Origin: Eledone cirrhosa
Lineage: Eukaryota
Reading direction: 5' to 3'
DNA: 64,000 bases
Assembly: GCA_964016885.1 (NCBI GenBank)
Contig: OZ024742.1
Coordinates: forward strand, 129,456,001 to 129,520,000
A program made the position numbers and the translations under genes. Under the pieces are notes generated by a model. That model searched no databases and had not been told where the DNA came from. It saw nothing but the letters and a program-made list of their open reading frames with translations. This document shows, in pieces, positions 52,667 through 64,000 of the stretch (within the stretch, counting starts at the first letter, position 1; every line of letters starts with the position of its first letter).

Positions 52667-53215
52667 AGGTTAGAGTTAGGATAAGGGCTAGGGTTAGAGA
52701 TAGGGTTAGGATTACGGTTACGGTTACAGTTAGGGTTAGGGTTAGTGTTATGGTTAGGGTTACGGTTACGGTTACAGTTAGGGTGAGGGTTAGGGATAGG
52801 ATTAGGGTTAGAGTTCTGGTTACAGTTAGGGTTAGGGTTAGGGTTAGTGTTAGGGTTACGGTTACAGCTACACTTAGGGTTAGGGTTAGGGCTATGGTTA
52901 AAGTTACAGTTAGGGTGAGAGTTAGGGATGTGGTTAGGGTTAGGGTTCGAGTTACAGTTAGGGTTAGGGTTAGAGTTAGGCTTAGAGGTTGTGGTTAGGG
53001 TTAGGGTTTGGGTTTGAGTTAGATTTGGGGTTAGGCTTACGGTTGCGGTTAGGTTTAGGGTTAGTGTTTGGGTTATGGTTAGGGTTACAATTACGCTTAG
53101 GGTTAGGGTAAGTGTTAGGTTTAGGGTTAGGGTTAGTTTTAGTGTTAGGGTTAAGGTCAAAGTTAGGGTTAGCATTATGCCTAGGTTTAGGGTTAGGGTA
53201 AGTGTTAGGGCTAGG
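52667..53215 (+). repeat. Degenerate interstitial telomere-like array (TTAGGG and hexamer variants)
   Basis: TTAGGG mixed with TTACGG, TTACAG, TTAGTG and TTATGG in 6-bp register. Confidence 0.9.
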
Positions 53216-53690
53216 GTCTTTATTATTGTTATTATGATTATCAGTATGAATTACATCCGTCTATAATGAACATATTTCTGATAAATAAAGGATCCAACCC
53301 ATCCAAGTAGGGGAATGTGAGTGTTAAATAGTGAATGATATATAACAAAATTTGAAGCTGTAATCTTGACAAATGAGAGTTTCATTGTGTGATTTTAAAA
53401 TCTCCTTTCTTTCAATCAAATTGAATTGAAATTCATGAATGTTTCCATTTAATGCCAAATATCTTTCCCCGTTGTCCTGTGGTTGTTGCTGCTGTTGTCG
53501 TCGTTGATGTGGCAACATCATCATCATCAACAGCAGCTATAATAGCTATAGAAGTAGTATGTTTATACTGGTGGTTATAGTGATTGTGATAATAGACGGC
53601 TGTCAGTTAGTTGCATACCAAAGGTTGTCTCCCTTGCAGTTTGGGGATATTTGCTACAAACACACACTCAATTTTTTCCCCCTTTCTCTT

Positions 53691-53727
<37 letters not shown>

Positions 53728-54472
53728 TTCACACACACACATGTCATTAAATAATTAATTTGAATTGATCATCTATCTAGAGGTAGACACAAATATAATT
53801 ATATTCAGAAGATGGCTTAGGCATATTTGAAATAAATCAAATGAATTATATTAACTATTTCATTACCATATTTCAAGAATTTAGAGGGATATAGTCTCAT
53901 TTTTCAGTTGACGTTTGAAACATGACAAAGGTTATTTTATAAAATTATGATGGAAAGTTTCTAGATAAATACAAACACTATAATACAAAGATTTATATTC
54001 TAGAAAAAGGAGTTGTTTTCTGGCACCTAATATTGTGTTTCAGATTTTCCAAATACACAGAATTTACATTTTTTTATAATTTTGTCAATAGAAAATAATA
54101 TTGTAAAAAAAAAAAAAAGATAGATATAAAAAAACTACTGATCTAAAGAAGAGAGCAAAATGTTTAAAACAATTTTCAGGATCTGCTATTTTGTTAATAT
54201 CAACCATGATAATACACTATGTGTATTTCAATATATATATATATATATATATACAGTATTTACGTATCGAGAAAGAGAAAAAAAGGGGAGGATAGGTGAT
54301 ACATATAGTTATTTGCCAAGTAGCGTATGCCAAAGGTGCTCGATACTACTGCCGGCAGTATTAAATATTCCAAGTGTTAATATTTAGTGGGCTAGAGAGT
54401 TAGCAGAGCGTAAGCACGTGGGAAAGTAAAAAAATCGGAGAATAGACCGTTAAAACATGTTTATTTAAAACA

Positions 54473-54512
54473 GCACCTACGTACGTTTCGCCCAGTTGGG
54501 CTTCTCAAGGGC
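54473..54512 (-). ncRNA. Minimal hammerhead, U3:A8 variant, in PLE 3' pseudo-LTR (identical inverted copy at 57818-57857, + strand)
   Basis: GCCC-TTGAGAA-GCCC(AACT)GGGC-GAAA-CGTACG-TA-GGTGC, with palindromic stem III ACGTACGT. Confidence 0.75.
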
Positions 54513-54810
54513 ATAAATAATCAAAAGTGTTCCTTATATTGCTCGGAAAGAGATTTTGGGGTTAAATCCACATCAAGGTTCATTGCTCGCAAAAATATCT
54601 TGTTTTGATTTTGCAGCAGATCAAGGGAGGTAACTCTGGCCGGTGTTAGGGCAGTCTTTCCCGGATAATTTTTTTTTTTTTTTTTTCTTTTGCCGCATCT
54701 GTTTGTCTGAGGCTGGGTCTGGTATGCAAGGATTGTTTCCTGGGTGTTATTTTGCAGCGCCTGCCTGCCGGGGTGTTAAGACTTGTTGCAGGGAGATCCG
54801 GTGTACGGTT

Positions 54811-55760
54811 TCACTCCTCATCCTTAAGCCATCTGAAGAAGGATATTTTTAAGCGATGTGTACAACTTATCGCTGTTTCAGCTCTGCTGTTGATGAGCTC
54901 GTGGGGTGCAGTTATGATGTGGTAGAGCTCCATGAGGCAAATATCGCATTTCCTCTTGAAGTTGTACGGTGCAGCCCTGCCGACAATCTCCCAGTGCGTG
55001 GAGAAGCTGATGTTTAAGTCCTTTAGTGATGTGATGTAGTCCGCGAGCGAAGTGGAGTGCCTTAGTTTTCTATTTGTGAAAGAGTGGAGATGTGTTCGAA
55101 ACCTAATTTTGAACGGGCCGGAGGTAGCCCCTATATAATGTTTAACGCTATTGTGGCTAGTAATAGTGCATCTATATATAACCCTATCAGTCAAGCAGTA
55201 TCCTCTAAGGGGGCAGCGTCTTCTGTCGCGGCAGTTGCAATTTCTGTCGCGGTTCCGTCTATTTCCCACGGTAAAGCTATCATTGTTGCTGCCTACGTTG
55301 TTACCTACGCTACCGCAGCTATCGTTAGCACCATTACAACCCACAGCACGCGGGGTGGTGCGATTGTTATTCCGCACATCATGTCCTGCATGTTACCCAG
55401 TCATTTCGCGGTTATGCTGGTTGCGTCTGCGGATGCCGTTGCCAACACTATTGGATGCTGCCAGGGAGTTGTTAAGGCCGATATAGTTATTGTCAGGTGT
55501 AGGTGCGTCTGTGTCGAGGTGCCGTGTCTTGGTGATCCTACTGTGGTTCGTTGTTCCTATGATGTCTGCTAGGTTAGGAGTAGTAGAGAAGGATATTTTT
55601 ATATATATTGTTCCTATTAAGAATTTTTCTATACCTATGGTTGGGCGGGAAGTTCTTCTCTAAGGCTTCAAAGAACATCCGGGGTATGTTGGAGGCCACA
55701 CTCCGAGAGTAGAGGGGGGGTGGAACTATAGGACGTTACGGTGGCGATTACGTGTCCTTG
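54811..55760 (-). pseudogene. PLE post-RT domain and GIY-YIG endonuclease (in-frame stops and a homopolymer frameshift upstream of 55377)
   Basis: RNVL*FHPP/YSRSVASNI..FPPNHRYRKILNRN..ISFS, then CNCRDRRRCPLRGYCL..VIYRC..YIGATSGPFKIRFRTH..CDICLME..INSRAE..CTH. Confidence 0.85.
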
Positions 55761-56056
55761 TACTTTTACTACGGGTGGTTCCATCTAGGTGACCGCTCTT
55801 ATGTGTGTTAATGCGCAGTCGCCCGTTCAGTGCCCCTTTCACTTTATGCTCGGGTGCACTCTTCCTACCTCTTCCATGTTTATGTACACGAAGGCGTTGG
55901 TTGGAAGGCATTGGTAGTAGGCCGTCGCCTTTGTTGGTTTTGTAATAGGGGAATAGTTCGAGTAATCTACAGTGTTCACCGTCGCCGGGGTCGTGATCTT
56001 TAGTGCGGTTATCTATTCAACGAGGTCGCCGCGTGATCGGTTATAGGTATGGCTTA

Positions 56057-57532
56057 CTATAACGTTTGTTTTATGGGGGGGGGGGTTCTAGAGCTAGCGT
56101 TAGGGTTGTAGGAAATTCCTCGGTTAAAGCCGGCGCTTATCAAGGCCCTATTGTAGTAATCTGCCGCTTGGTTGAAGATATCCTCATTGGCGGATAGGCT
56201 CGAGATTCTATGTGAGATACTATAGACTATGGAGTTGAGAGTCTGCTTAGGGTGGTTGGAGGCATAATTAATATAAGAGAGGCACTCTCCAGGCTTATGG
56301 TATGGCTTGTATAAGCCCGTACTCAACTCCAAGGTCACGTCCAGGAAGTTGACAACCCTGTGGTTGAGGTCCATAGTTACGGATAGGCCGTATGACCTGA
56401 AGAACCTGTGTATATGTTTGTTAAGGTTCTCTATCCTACGGGGGCTATGGTTCCTAACGGTAAACAGCGCGTCGTCCCTATATACACCTCCTTGTAGAGC
56501 CGGTATCTCTTCCCTAAGCTTATGTAGGAGGTATATCCCGACCAGGTCAGTTGCTTGCGCTGAGTCACTGGACCCCATCGTGACATCGAAGTTATCAGGA
56601 CGGTTGGTTCTGGTCCAGTGGGAGCCTTCGAACTGGTTAATGGTTCTACGCGCCGCTAGAATTATGTCTATTTCTTTTTTAGTGAGGCTAGTGTTAGATC
56701 TAGCTAAGATAAGTGCCTTATTTAAGAGTATGGGGGAGATAGAGGCGTAGTAACTATCTATATCAAATTGGATGAATTTCAGGGTGGCTTTATCCGGCAA
56801 CTCGGTGAACCAATTTATGACCTGGTCGGTGTTGCCCCAGAGGCAGACCTTAGCCTTTCTATTAAGCTCCAGTAGTACTCTGTCGAGGATCACTTTACTA
56901 ATCTTACCTATATCTGATGTAGAGGGGCATATTAGTCTAATAGAGGGGCTTTCATTAAAGTCATATTTGTGATCCTTAAGAGAGAATTTAGGCGTCAGAG
57001 GGACGTACGGATTAGTGTACTTTTCTATTTCTAAGCTGGTGACTATATCCTTCCCTACTCTATTTATGTCATTTAGGGTACTAGAGAGTGTCTTTTTGTA
57101 GTCTTTGTGTAGTTCCTTATAGATGAATTTTTTATACTTACTCGCGTCCATCTTGTACAGCTTTTTGGTTTTGTCGGAGGTGACAAAGAGGTGCGGGTAT
57201 TTCTTGATCTTAGTAATTAGTGTATCAAGGGACGTTAAGAATGGATTGCTGCATTGGTGTTTCTTTCTGAGCTTAACGTTTTTGATCATTTTCAACAGGT
57301 CCTCTTCAAAGGAATCTAGTAAGGTGTTGTGCGGTGGGTTTCGGTATGTTTTGAAGCCATGCCTCTCTTTGGGTTCAGGAAGGTTACGGGGGTTCTTATC
57401 CAGGTGGTAGGCCTTCCATCTGACTCTCCGTATAAACGAATTAGTAGCGTCTATAAGCAGTTTAAGGTAGGTTTTTCTGCTGGGTAAGGGGATACATTTG
57501 AGGGACATGGGTAACGGCTGGTTCTCCAACAT
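56057..57532 (-). CDS. PLE reverse transcriptase (491 aa)
   Basis: SLKCIPLP..YLKLLI..FIRRVRWKA, SDKT, LKDHK..RLICP, FIQFDIDSYYASI, FDVTMGSSD, VYRDDAL, VNFLDVTL, YHKP..YI..SNHP. Confidence 0.9.
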   Translation of the reverse strand: MLENQPLPMSLKCIPLPSRKTYLKLLIDATNSFIRRVRWKAYHLDKNPRNLPEPKERHGFKTYRNPPHNTLLDSFEEDLLKMIKNVKLRKKHQCSNPFLTSLDTLITKIKKYPHLFVTSDKTKKLYKMDASKYKKFIYKELHKDYKKTLSSTLNDINRVGKDIVTSLEIEKYTNPYVPLTPKFSLKDHKYDFNESPSIRLICPSTSDIGKISKVILDRVLLELNRKAKVCLWGNTDQVINWFTELPDKATLKFIQFDIDSYYASISPILLNKALILARSNTSLTKKEIDIILAARRTINQFEGSHWTRTNRPDNFDVTMGSSDSAQATDLVGIYLLHKLREEIPALQGGVYRDDALFTVRNHSPRRIENLNKHIHRFFRSYGLSVTMDLNHRVVNFLDVTLELSTGLYKPYHKPGECLSYINYASNHPKQTLNSIVYSISHRISSLSANEDIFNQAADYYNRALISAGFNRGISYNPNASSRTPPPIKQTL

Positions 57533-57862
57533 AATGGCAAATAAGGTGAGATGCTCTACAAAAGGAGCACGGTAATACAGTATTTACGTATCGAGAAAGA
57601 GAAAAAAAGGGGAGGATAGGTGATACATATAGTTATTTCCCAAGTAGCGTATGCCAAAGGTGCTCGATACTAGTGCCGGCAGTATTAAATATTCGAAGTG
57701 TTAATATTTAGTGGGTTAGAGAGTTAGCAGAGCGTAAGCACGTGGGAAAGTAAAAAATCGGAGAATAGACCGTAAAAAATCGGAGAATAAACCGTTAAAA
57801 CACTTTTGATTATTTATGCCCTTGAGAAGCCCAACTGGGCGAAACGTACGTAGGTGCTGTTT

Positions 57863-58005
<143 letters not shown>

Positions 58006-58197
58006 TTTAAATATATATATATAGTAATAATAATAAATTTGAAGACTAAAATCCAAAGAAGGCTCGATAAGGATAAATATATATCAAATATATAAGAACC
58101 GTAGAGCAAATATTTATTAAAATAACAGATTAAAGTTTAAGCAAAGAATCACTTAAGGGTGAAAGCAGCGATTTTTTGCTTAAACTTTAATCTGTTA

Positions 58198-58246
<49 letters not shown>

Positions 58247-58406
58247 AGATCAAAAGATGGTTAAAGGAGTTCCATATATTTTATTATGCGCATTTCAAAA
58301 ACAAACATCATCAAGCAATAATATTTGTGTTTTCATCAGATAAAACAGGAGAACATGATATGAAGGCTAAAAAACACTTGTTGATAGTGCAGTTTTAAAT
58401 CAACAT

Positions 58407-58480
<74 letters not shown>

Positions 58481-58514
58481 TAGATATATAATTTAAATAT
58501 ATATATATATATAT

Positions 58515-59059
58515 AAAGTTGTCCTCTGGTATTTGCGAGGGTTATGTTCCTAGAGAACCCGTGAAGAGTGAAAAACCACAAATATTGGACATGGTCCATA
58601 AAAATGACTATAAACGTCAAAATATAATATAAAATATAGGCCGACAAATACAGTTTATTGTTATTAATAATTTGGCGTTAAAAAGCATGAAAAAAAATAT
58701 ATTTGTTTCTACTTTAGGCATAAGGCCAGCAAAATACTCAGTACATTACTGGTACTTTATTTTATCGACCCCGTAAGGATGAAAGGCAAAGTTAACCTCG
58801 GTGGGATTTGAACTCAGACTGTAAAGGGACGTAACTATGCTAGAAAGCATGGCGTCCAACCCTCTACCGATACTGCCAATTCAGCATGAAAAAAAATATA
58901 TTGCCACGAAAAAAAGCCATTAGAAAATCATGGAAGATATTTATGATTCCACGAATATACTGTGGTTTCCATGAACAATTATTAGTTAGGTTCTGAGGAA
59001 AATTCCGCAAATAACAGGGACTGCGAATGTCAGGATCACGAATGCTGGAGGTACACTGT
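58515..59059. mobile_element. Tc1/mariner (Tigger-like) MITE remnant with nested SINE
   Basis: Degenerate termini AGTTGTCCTCTGGTATTTGCG / CACGAATGCTGGAGGTACACTG in TA context. The nested SINE at 58704-58882 is flanked by the ~20-bp TSD AGCATGAAAAAAAATATATT. Confidence 0.5.
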
Positions 59060-59931
59060 GTATATATATATATATATATACACATATTGTGGATTGGCAG
59101 TATCGGTAGAGGCTCGAACGCTATGCTTTGCAACAAAGAGTTACGGCCCTTTATGGTCTGAGTTCAAACCCCTTACGGGGTCGATAAAATAAAGTACCAG
59201 TAATACACTGGGATAATTGCTGGCCTTGTCCCAAAATTAGAGTGTTAGGAAGGGCATCCAGCTGTAGAAATCAAGCCAGATCAGTTCCTGTATGAGCAAG
59301 GCATGGTCAGCCGACCAGACACTGCCCACAACAGGACAACCCGTCTAACCCATGCTAGCGTGGAAGAACGGACGTAAAACGGTGATGATGATGATGATGA
59401 TGATATATATATACATATATTTTATCCTGTAACTAATGATAAAGTCATAGGGGGTCTGTAATGACATAGAGTGTTTCTTGGGCATTTTAAGCCTGGTGGA
59501 GCCGATCACTCTCCAGGCCTGAATACAGCAGATTTCTTCCAAAGAGAGGAAGAATTGACCCCAGTGCTAGACTGGTACTTTTATTATCAACCTCGAAAGG
59601 ATGAGAGGCAAAGTTGACCTCGGTGAGATTTGAACTCAGAGAACCATAAAGCATGAATACCATAAAGCATTATACCTGACGTTCTGATGACTCTGCCAAT
59701 TCGGTGCCTATTATATATCTAGATATGTGTGTGTGTATATATATATATAGCTCTCACAAGCCATTCGTCAACACCTAGTTTGGTGTTAGGAAGGGCATCC
59801 AACTGTAGAAAACCTGCCAGACAGTCCTATGCGAGCAAGACAACCACTCTTGCCTCAAGTGGGAAAACCCCCGTCCAAACCCATGCAAGCGTGGAACACG
59901 GACGCTAAACCTGATGATGATGATGATGATG

Positions 59932-59969
<38 letters not shown>

Positions 59970-60855
59970 ATTAAAAAACCCCCAAAAAACACTCAGTCCA
60001 CGCTGTAATGTGACCGTGTAGGTAACACGCCAAAAAGTTCCCAGTCCACACTGTAAATGTGGTTGGTGTTAGGAAGGGTATCCAGCCATAGAAAACCTGC
60101 CACAGTCCTATATGAGCGAGACATGGTCACTCGACCAATCTTGCCTCAAATGGGACAATTCCTGTCTAACCCATGCTAGCGTGGAAGATAGACGTTAAAC
60201 GATGATGATGATTATGATATATATATATGCATGCATGGTCCCATACCTCATAAGGGAGTAATAGGGGCACAGTATTTTTTTTTAAAACATGGTGGAGCGC
60301 ATCTCTTCGCCAAGTCTAAATACAGCCGATCTCTGCTAAAGAAGGATAGAGAGAGTGAGAGAATAGAAGTGAGAAAGAGATATAGAAGAAGAATCATCCT
60401 CAGTTCATGACTGGTACTTTTTTTTTATCAACCTCGAATGGAAAAAAGGCAAAATTGAACTCATCTAGATTTGAACTCAGAGAACTGAAACAAATACAAA
60501 GCACTCTATCTGAGGTTCTAACGACTCAGGAAATAGATTATTAAATATCATTCTTACCTTAAATCACTTCCATGTGTCAGAAATCAACATAAAATATAAG
60601 GTTTCTCTTATGTGAACCATTAATTTATCAAAACATAATTTCTAAGTTTGTATGATGGATCATGTATATGGTAATCTTGATATTTATGACATACCAATCC
60701 TGGGTCCAAAAGTCAAATATGTTCATTGCTATTTCTGCTAAAACCTCAATATTGTAATTTTAATGAGACATTAAAGCAAAAAGAAATTGTTTCAGAGAAA
60801 GAAGAAAAAAAAAATTATAAATAAATTTTAATAAAAGGGATCGAAGACATTTTTT

Positions 60856-62197
60856 TTGTGGAACCTAGCTTTAGAAATACTGTTCTATATACACGCACAT
60901 ATTATAGAGCAGCTGTAATAGAAGGCCAACCTTTGTGGAACCTAGTTTTAGAAATACTGTTCTATATACATACACATATTATAGAGCAGGTGTAATAGAA
61001 GCCAACCTTTGTGGAACCTAGTTTTAGAAGTACTGTTCTATATACATACACATATTATAGAGCAGGTGTAATAGAAGCCAACCTTTGTGGAACCTAGTTT
61101 TAGAAATACTGTTCTATATACATACACATATTATAGAGCAGGTGTAATTGAAGGCCAACCTTTGTGGAACTTAGTTTTAGAAATACTGTTCTATATACAT
61201 ACACATATTATAGAGCAGGTGTAATAGAAGCCAACCTTTGTGGAACCTAGTTTTAGAAGTACTGTTCTATATACATACACATATTATAGAGCAGGTGTAC
61301 TAGAAGGCCAACCTTTGTGGAACCTAGTTTTAGAAATACTGTTCTATATACATACACATATTATAGAGCAGGTGTAATAGAAGGCCCCACCTTTGTGGAA
61401 CCTAGTTTTAGAAATACTGTTCTATATACATACACATATTATAGAGCAGGTGTACTAGAAGGCCAACCTTTGTGGAACCTAGTTTTAGAAATACTGTTCT
61501 ATATACATACACATATTATAGAGCAGGTGTAATAGAAGGCCCCACCTTTGTGGAACCTAGTTTTAGAAATACTGTTCTATATACATACACATATTATAGA
61601 GCAGGTGTAATAGAAGGCCAACCTTTGTGGAACCTAGTTTTAGAAGTACTGTTCTATATACATACACATATTATAGAGCAGGTGTAATAGAAGGCCAACC
61701 TTTGTGGAACCTAGTTTTAGAAATACTGTTCTATATACATACACATATTATAGAGCAGGTGTAATAGAAGGCCAACCTTTGTGGAACCTAGTTTTAGAAA
61801 TACTGTTCTATATACATACACATATTATAGAGCAGGTGTAATAGAAGGCCAACCTTTGTGGAACCTAGTTTTAGAAATACTGTTCTATATACATACACAT
61901 ATTATAGAGCAGGTGTAATAGAAGGCCCCACCTTTGTGGAACCTAGTTTTAGAAATACTGTTCTATATACATACACATATTATAGAGCAGGTGTAATAGA
62001 AGGCCAACCTTTGTGGAACCTAGTTTTAGAAATACTGTTCTATATACATACACATATTATAGAGCAGGTGTAATAGAAGGCCAACCTTTGTGGAACCTAG
62101 TTTTAGAAATACTGTTCTATATACATACACATATTATAGAGCAGGTGTAATAGAAGGCCCCACCTTTGTGGAACCTAGTTTTAGAAATACTGTTCTA
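60856..62197. repeat. 76-78-bp tandem satellite x~17
   Basis: Unit CTTTGTGGAACCTAGTTTTAGAAATACTGTTCTATATACATACACATATTATAGAGCAGGTGTAATAGAAGGCCAAC. Confidence 0.95.
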
Positions 62198-62237
62198 AAA
62201 CAAAAAAAAACAAAAACAACAACAACAACAAAAACCA

Positions 62238-62460
62238 ATGACTGTGTCTTCCTCTACCATTGTTACTGAACAACGGCAAAAACCTATGACACTGGCTTCT
62301 GCTGCTATTCCTGTGGGAGAACATCAGAAACAACAACAACAACCCATGTCTTCCGCTCCCAGTACATCTCGACACCAACAACCTGCGACTGTGTCTTCCC
62401 CTACCATTCCCGTGGAGAAACATCATCATCACCAACAACAACGACAGCAACAGCAACAGC

Positions 62461-62495
<35 letters not shown>

Positions 62496-62828
62496 CCGAC
62501 CAGTACAGATTTTGCAGAATTGCAACTAATGATTTCTGCTTTAAGAAGGGAAGTAACAGGAATAAAGGCAAGCATTTGGGTAGGACCCCGCAATGAGGGG
62601 TCTTATCAGAATGCCTTGCTAAAGAATCTCCCTGTACCTCTTGCCGTATCTTGCCACACTGAGAAGACTGCGGAATCAGCTACCCATGAAGTAATTGCCA
62701 TTGGGGTACCAGAGGACAAGGCTGATCTTCAGGCATTTGCTGCCAGCTCAGCCAAAGACCTAGGCTGTGTTTCCCCAAAGGGTGCTCTCCGCCTTGGTCG
62801 ACCTAGAATGCGCAGAACTCATTGCTGA
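62238..62828 (+). CDS. Probable CR1 ORF1 N-terminal part (polyQ, coiled-coil-like segment)
   Basis: ELQLMISALRREV..IKA, VIAIGVPED and RLGRP motifs resemble LINE ORF1; directly upstream of the CR1 RT. Confidence 0.5.
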
Positions 62829-64000
62829 GTGCTATGCAAGTATTTTTACTGTTGAAAACCAGAATGTACCATCTCCACAATCTCTAACATCAAATTCCAT
62901 AACAACTATGGAATTTACACCTGCAATGTTGCGACGTCACCTTAAGAATAAACGCAACTATGCCTCCCCTGGTCTTGATGGTGTTACATACCTGCTTCTC
63001 AAACGTGGCGGGTATTTCCTTTTGCGCCAGCTTTCTTTCTTCTTTCAATACTGTCTCAACAATGGTGCTACTCTGGAGCAGTGGAAAACTACCAGTGTCA
63101 TTCCCCTGTTCAAAAAGGGCAACCGCATGTCACCTGTCAACTATCGTCCAGTCAGTCTTACTAGCTGTATGGCCAAACTGATGGAATCCTGTGTCAGAGA
63201 AACACTTTGGAACTTCTGGAGCTCTCACAGCCTCATCCGGCCCTCACAGTTTGGATTTATCCCTAACTCCAGCTGCTGTGATCAGCTTATCGAATTCCTT
63301 GAAGACATCACCCGAATCACTGACAGCGGCTCATGGATGGATGTTGTTTACCTTGACTTTGCTAAGGCTTTTAATTCTGTGCCACACAAAAGACTTATGG
63401 CAAAACTCTCTGCAATGGGTGTGAGGGATGATCTTTTTGACTGGTTGAAATCCTTCATTCTCAGCCGAAAAGAAGTAGTCACGGTTCTAGGACAGCATTC
63501 TTCACCATATGAGATGTCATCTGGTGTACCACAGGGATCTGTTCTTGGTCCCCTTTTGTTTGTGGCATATATTAATGACATAGATGCCAACTTACAGAAT
63601 GCCACAGTACTGAAATATGCAGATGACATCAAGCTGTACCTTGAAATCAAAAAGACTGATCCTGAAATCTACAACTCTTTTCTACAATCAGACCTGGACA
63701 CAATGCAGCAATGGATCACAGACTGGCAACTGAAGCTGGCTGTGGACAAGTGTACCACCATGCATTTTAGGAGGAAAAATCCAGCGTCCACATACTCCCT
63801 CCACAACGCTGATATCAAGAAGTCCTCTTGTGAACGTGACCTGGGCATTACTGTCAGCAGCGATTTGCATTGGACAAAGCATGTCTCTAAGATTGTCAAG
63901 AAGGCTGAGGGTGTCTTGGCATCACTCAGCAAGACCTTTGTTAGCCGCTCTCCAGCCATCTATTTAAAACTGTATACAGCTATGGTACAACCACACTTGG
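62800..64000 (+). mobile_element. CR1-clade LINE RT, open frame running off the window end
   Basis: ECAELIAECYASIFT..SPGLDGV..WKTTSVIPLFKKG..NYRPVSLTS..QFGF..YLDFAKAFNSVPH..SGVPQGSVLGPLLF..YADDIKL..ERDLGI. No stop from 62764 to 64000. Confidence 0.92.

Noticed and set aside
52645-53175. 176-aa LTLT/NPNP ORF; true chromosome end
   Set aside because: It is a translation of a degenerate TTAGGG array that is internal and flanked by other sequence on both sides.
54811-57532. Selenoprotein-type (TGA readthrough) PLE as described for some Naiad elements
   Set aside because: The interrupting stops are TAG/TAA or frameshifts rather than TGA at Cys positions, and the EN is C-terminal.
57533-57600. 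Acceptor-like TTTTGTAG just upstream of the PLE ATG (possible retained PLE intron)
   Set aside because: No convincing matching donor could be identified by eye.
60856-62197. CRISPR-like appearance of the regular 77-bp array (and the 30-bp array at 36005)
   Set aside because: No unique spacers and no cas genes; eukaryotic tandem repeats.
62238-62828. PolyQ host transcription-factor exon
   Set aside because: It directly adjoins the CR1 RT and has ORF1-like motifs; better explained as part of the LINE.

Overview
AT-rich eukaryotic intergenic or intronic DNA with no convincing host gene. The repeat content (RTE LINEs with (TGA)n tails, tRNA-type SINEs, abundant (TA)n/(GT)n/(CAT)n) suggests an octopus-like cephalopod; that assignment is inference. 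Almost all of the window is retroelement debris and simple repeats. Non-LTR elements include RTE LINEs with a PHD-like finger inside the RT, a Tx1/L1 element, a CRE-like element, an R4/Dong-like element next to a degenerate (TTAGGG)n array, and CR1 copies. There are also TTAA- and TA-type MITEs, minisatellites and three Penelope-like elements (PLEs), one a near full-length Hydra-clade-like copy at 54253-57868. The most striking signal is RNA structure. By eye I find about a dozen type-I hammerhead ribozyme motifs, intact or decayed, from roughly eight unrelated sequence families. Most lie in short non-coding fold-back or pseudo-LTR units inserted in (TA)n tracts, clustered at 26.8-33 kb. Three families carry a U3:A8 core variant (UUGANAA in place of CUGANGA). 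All family calls come from motif recognition; no database searches were run.
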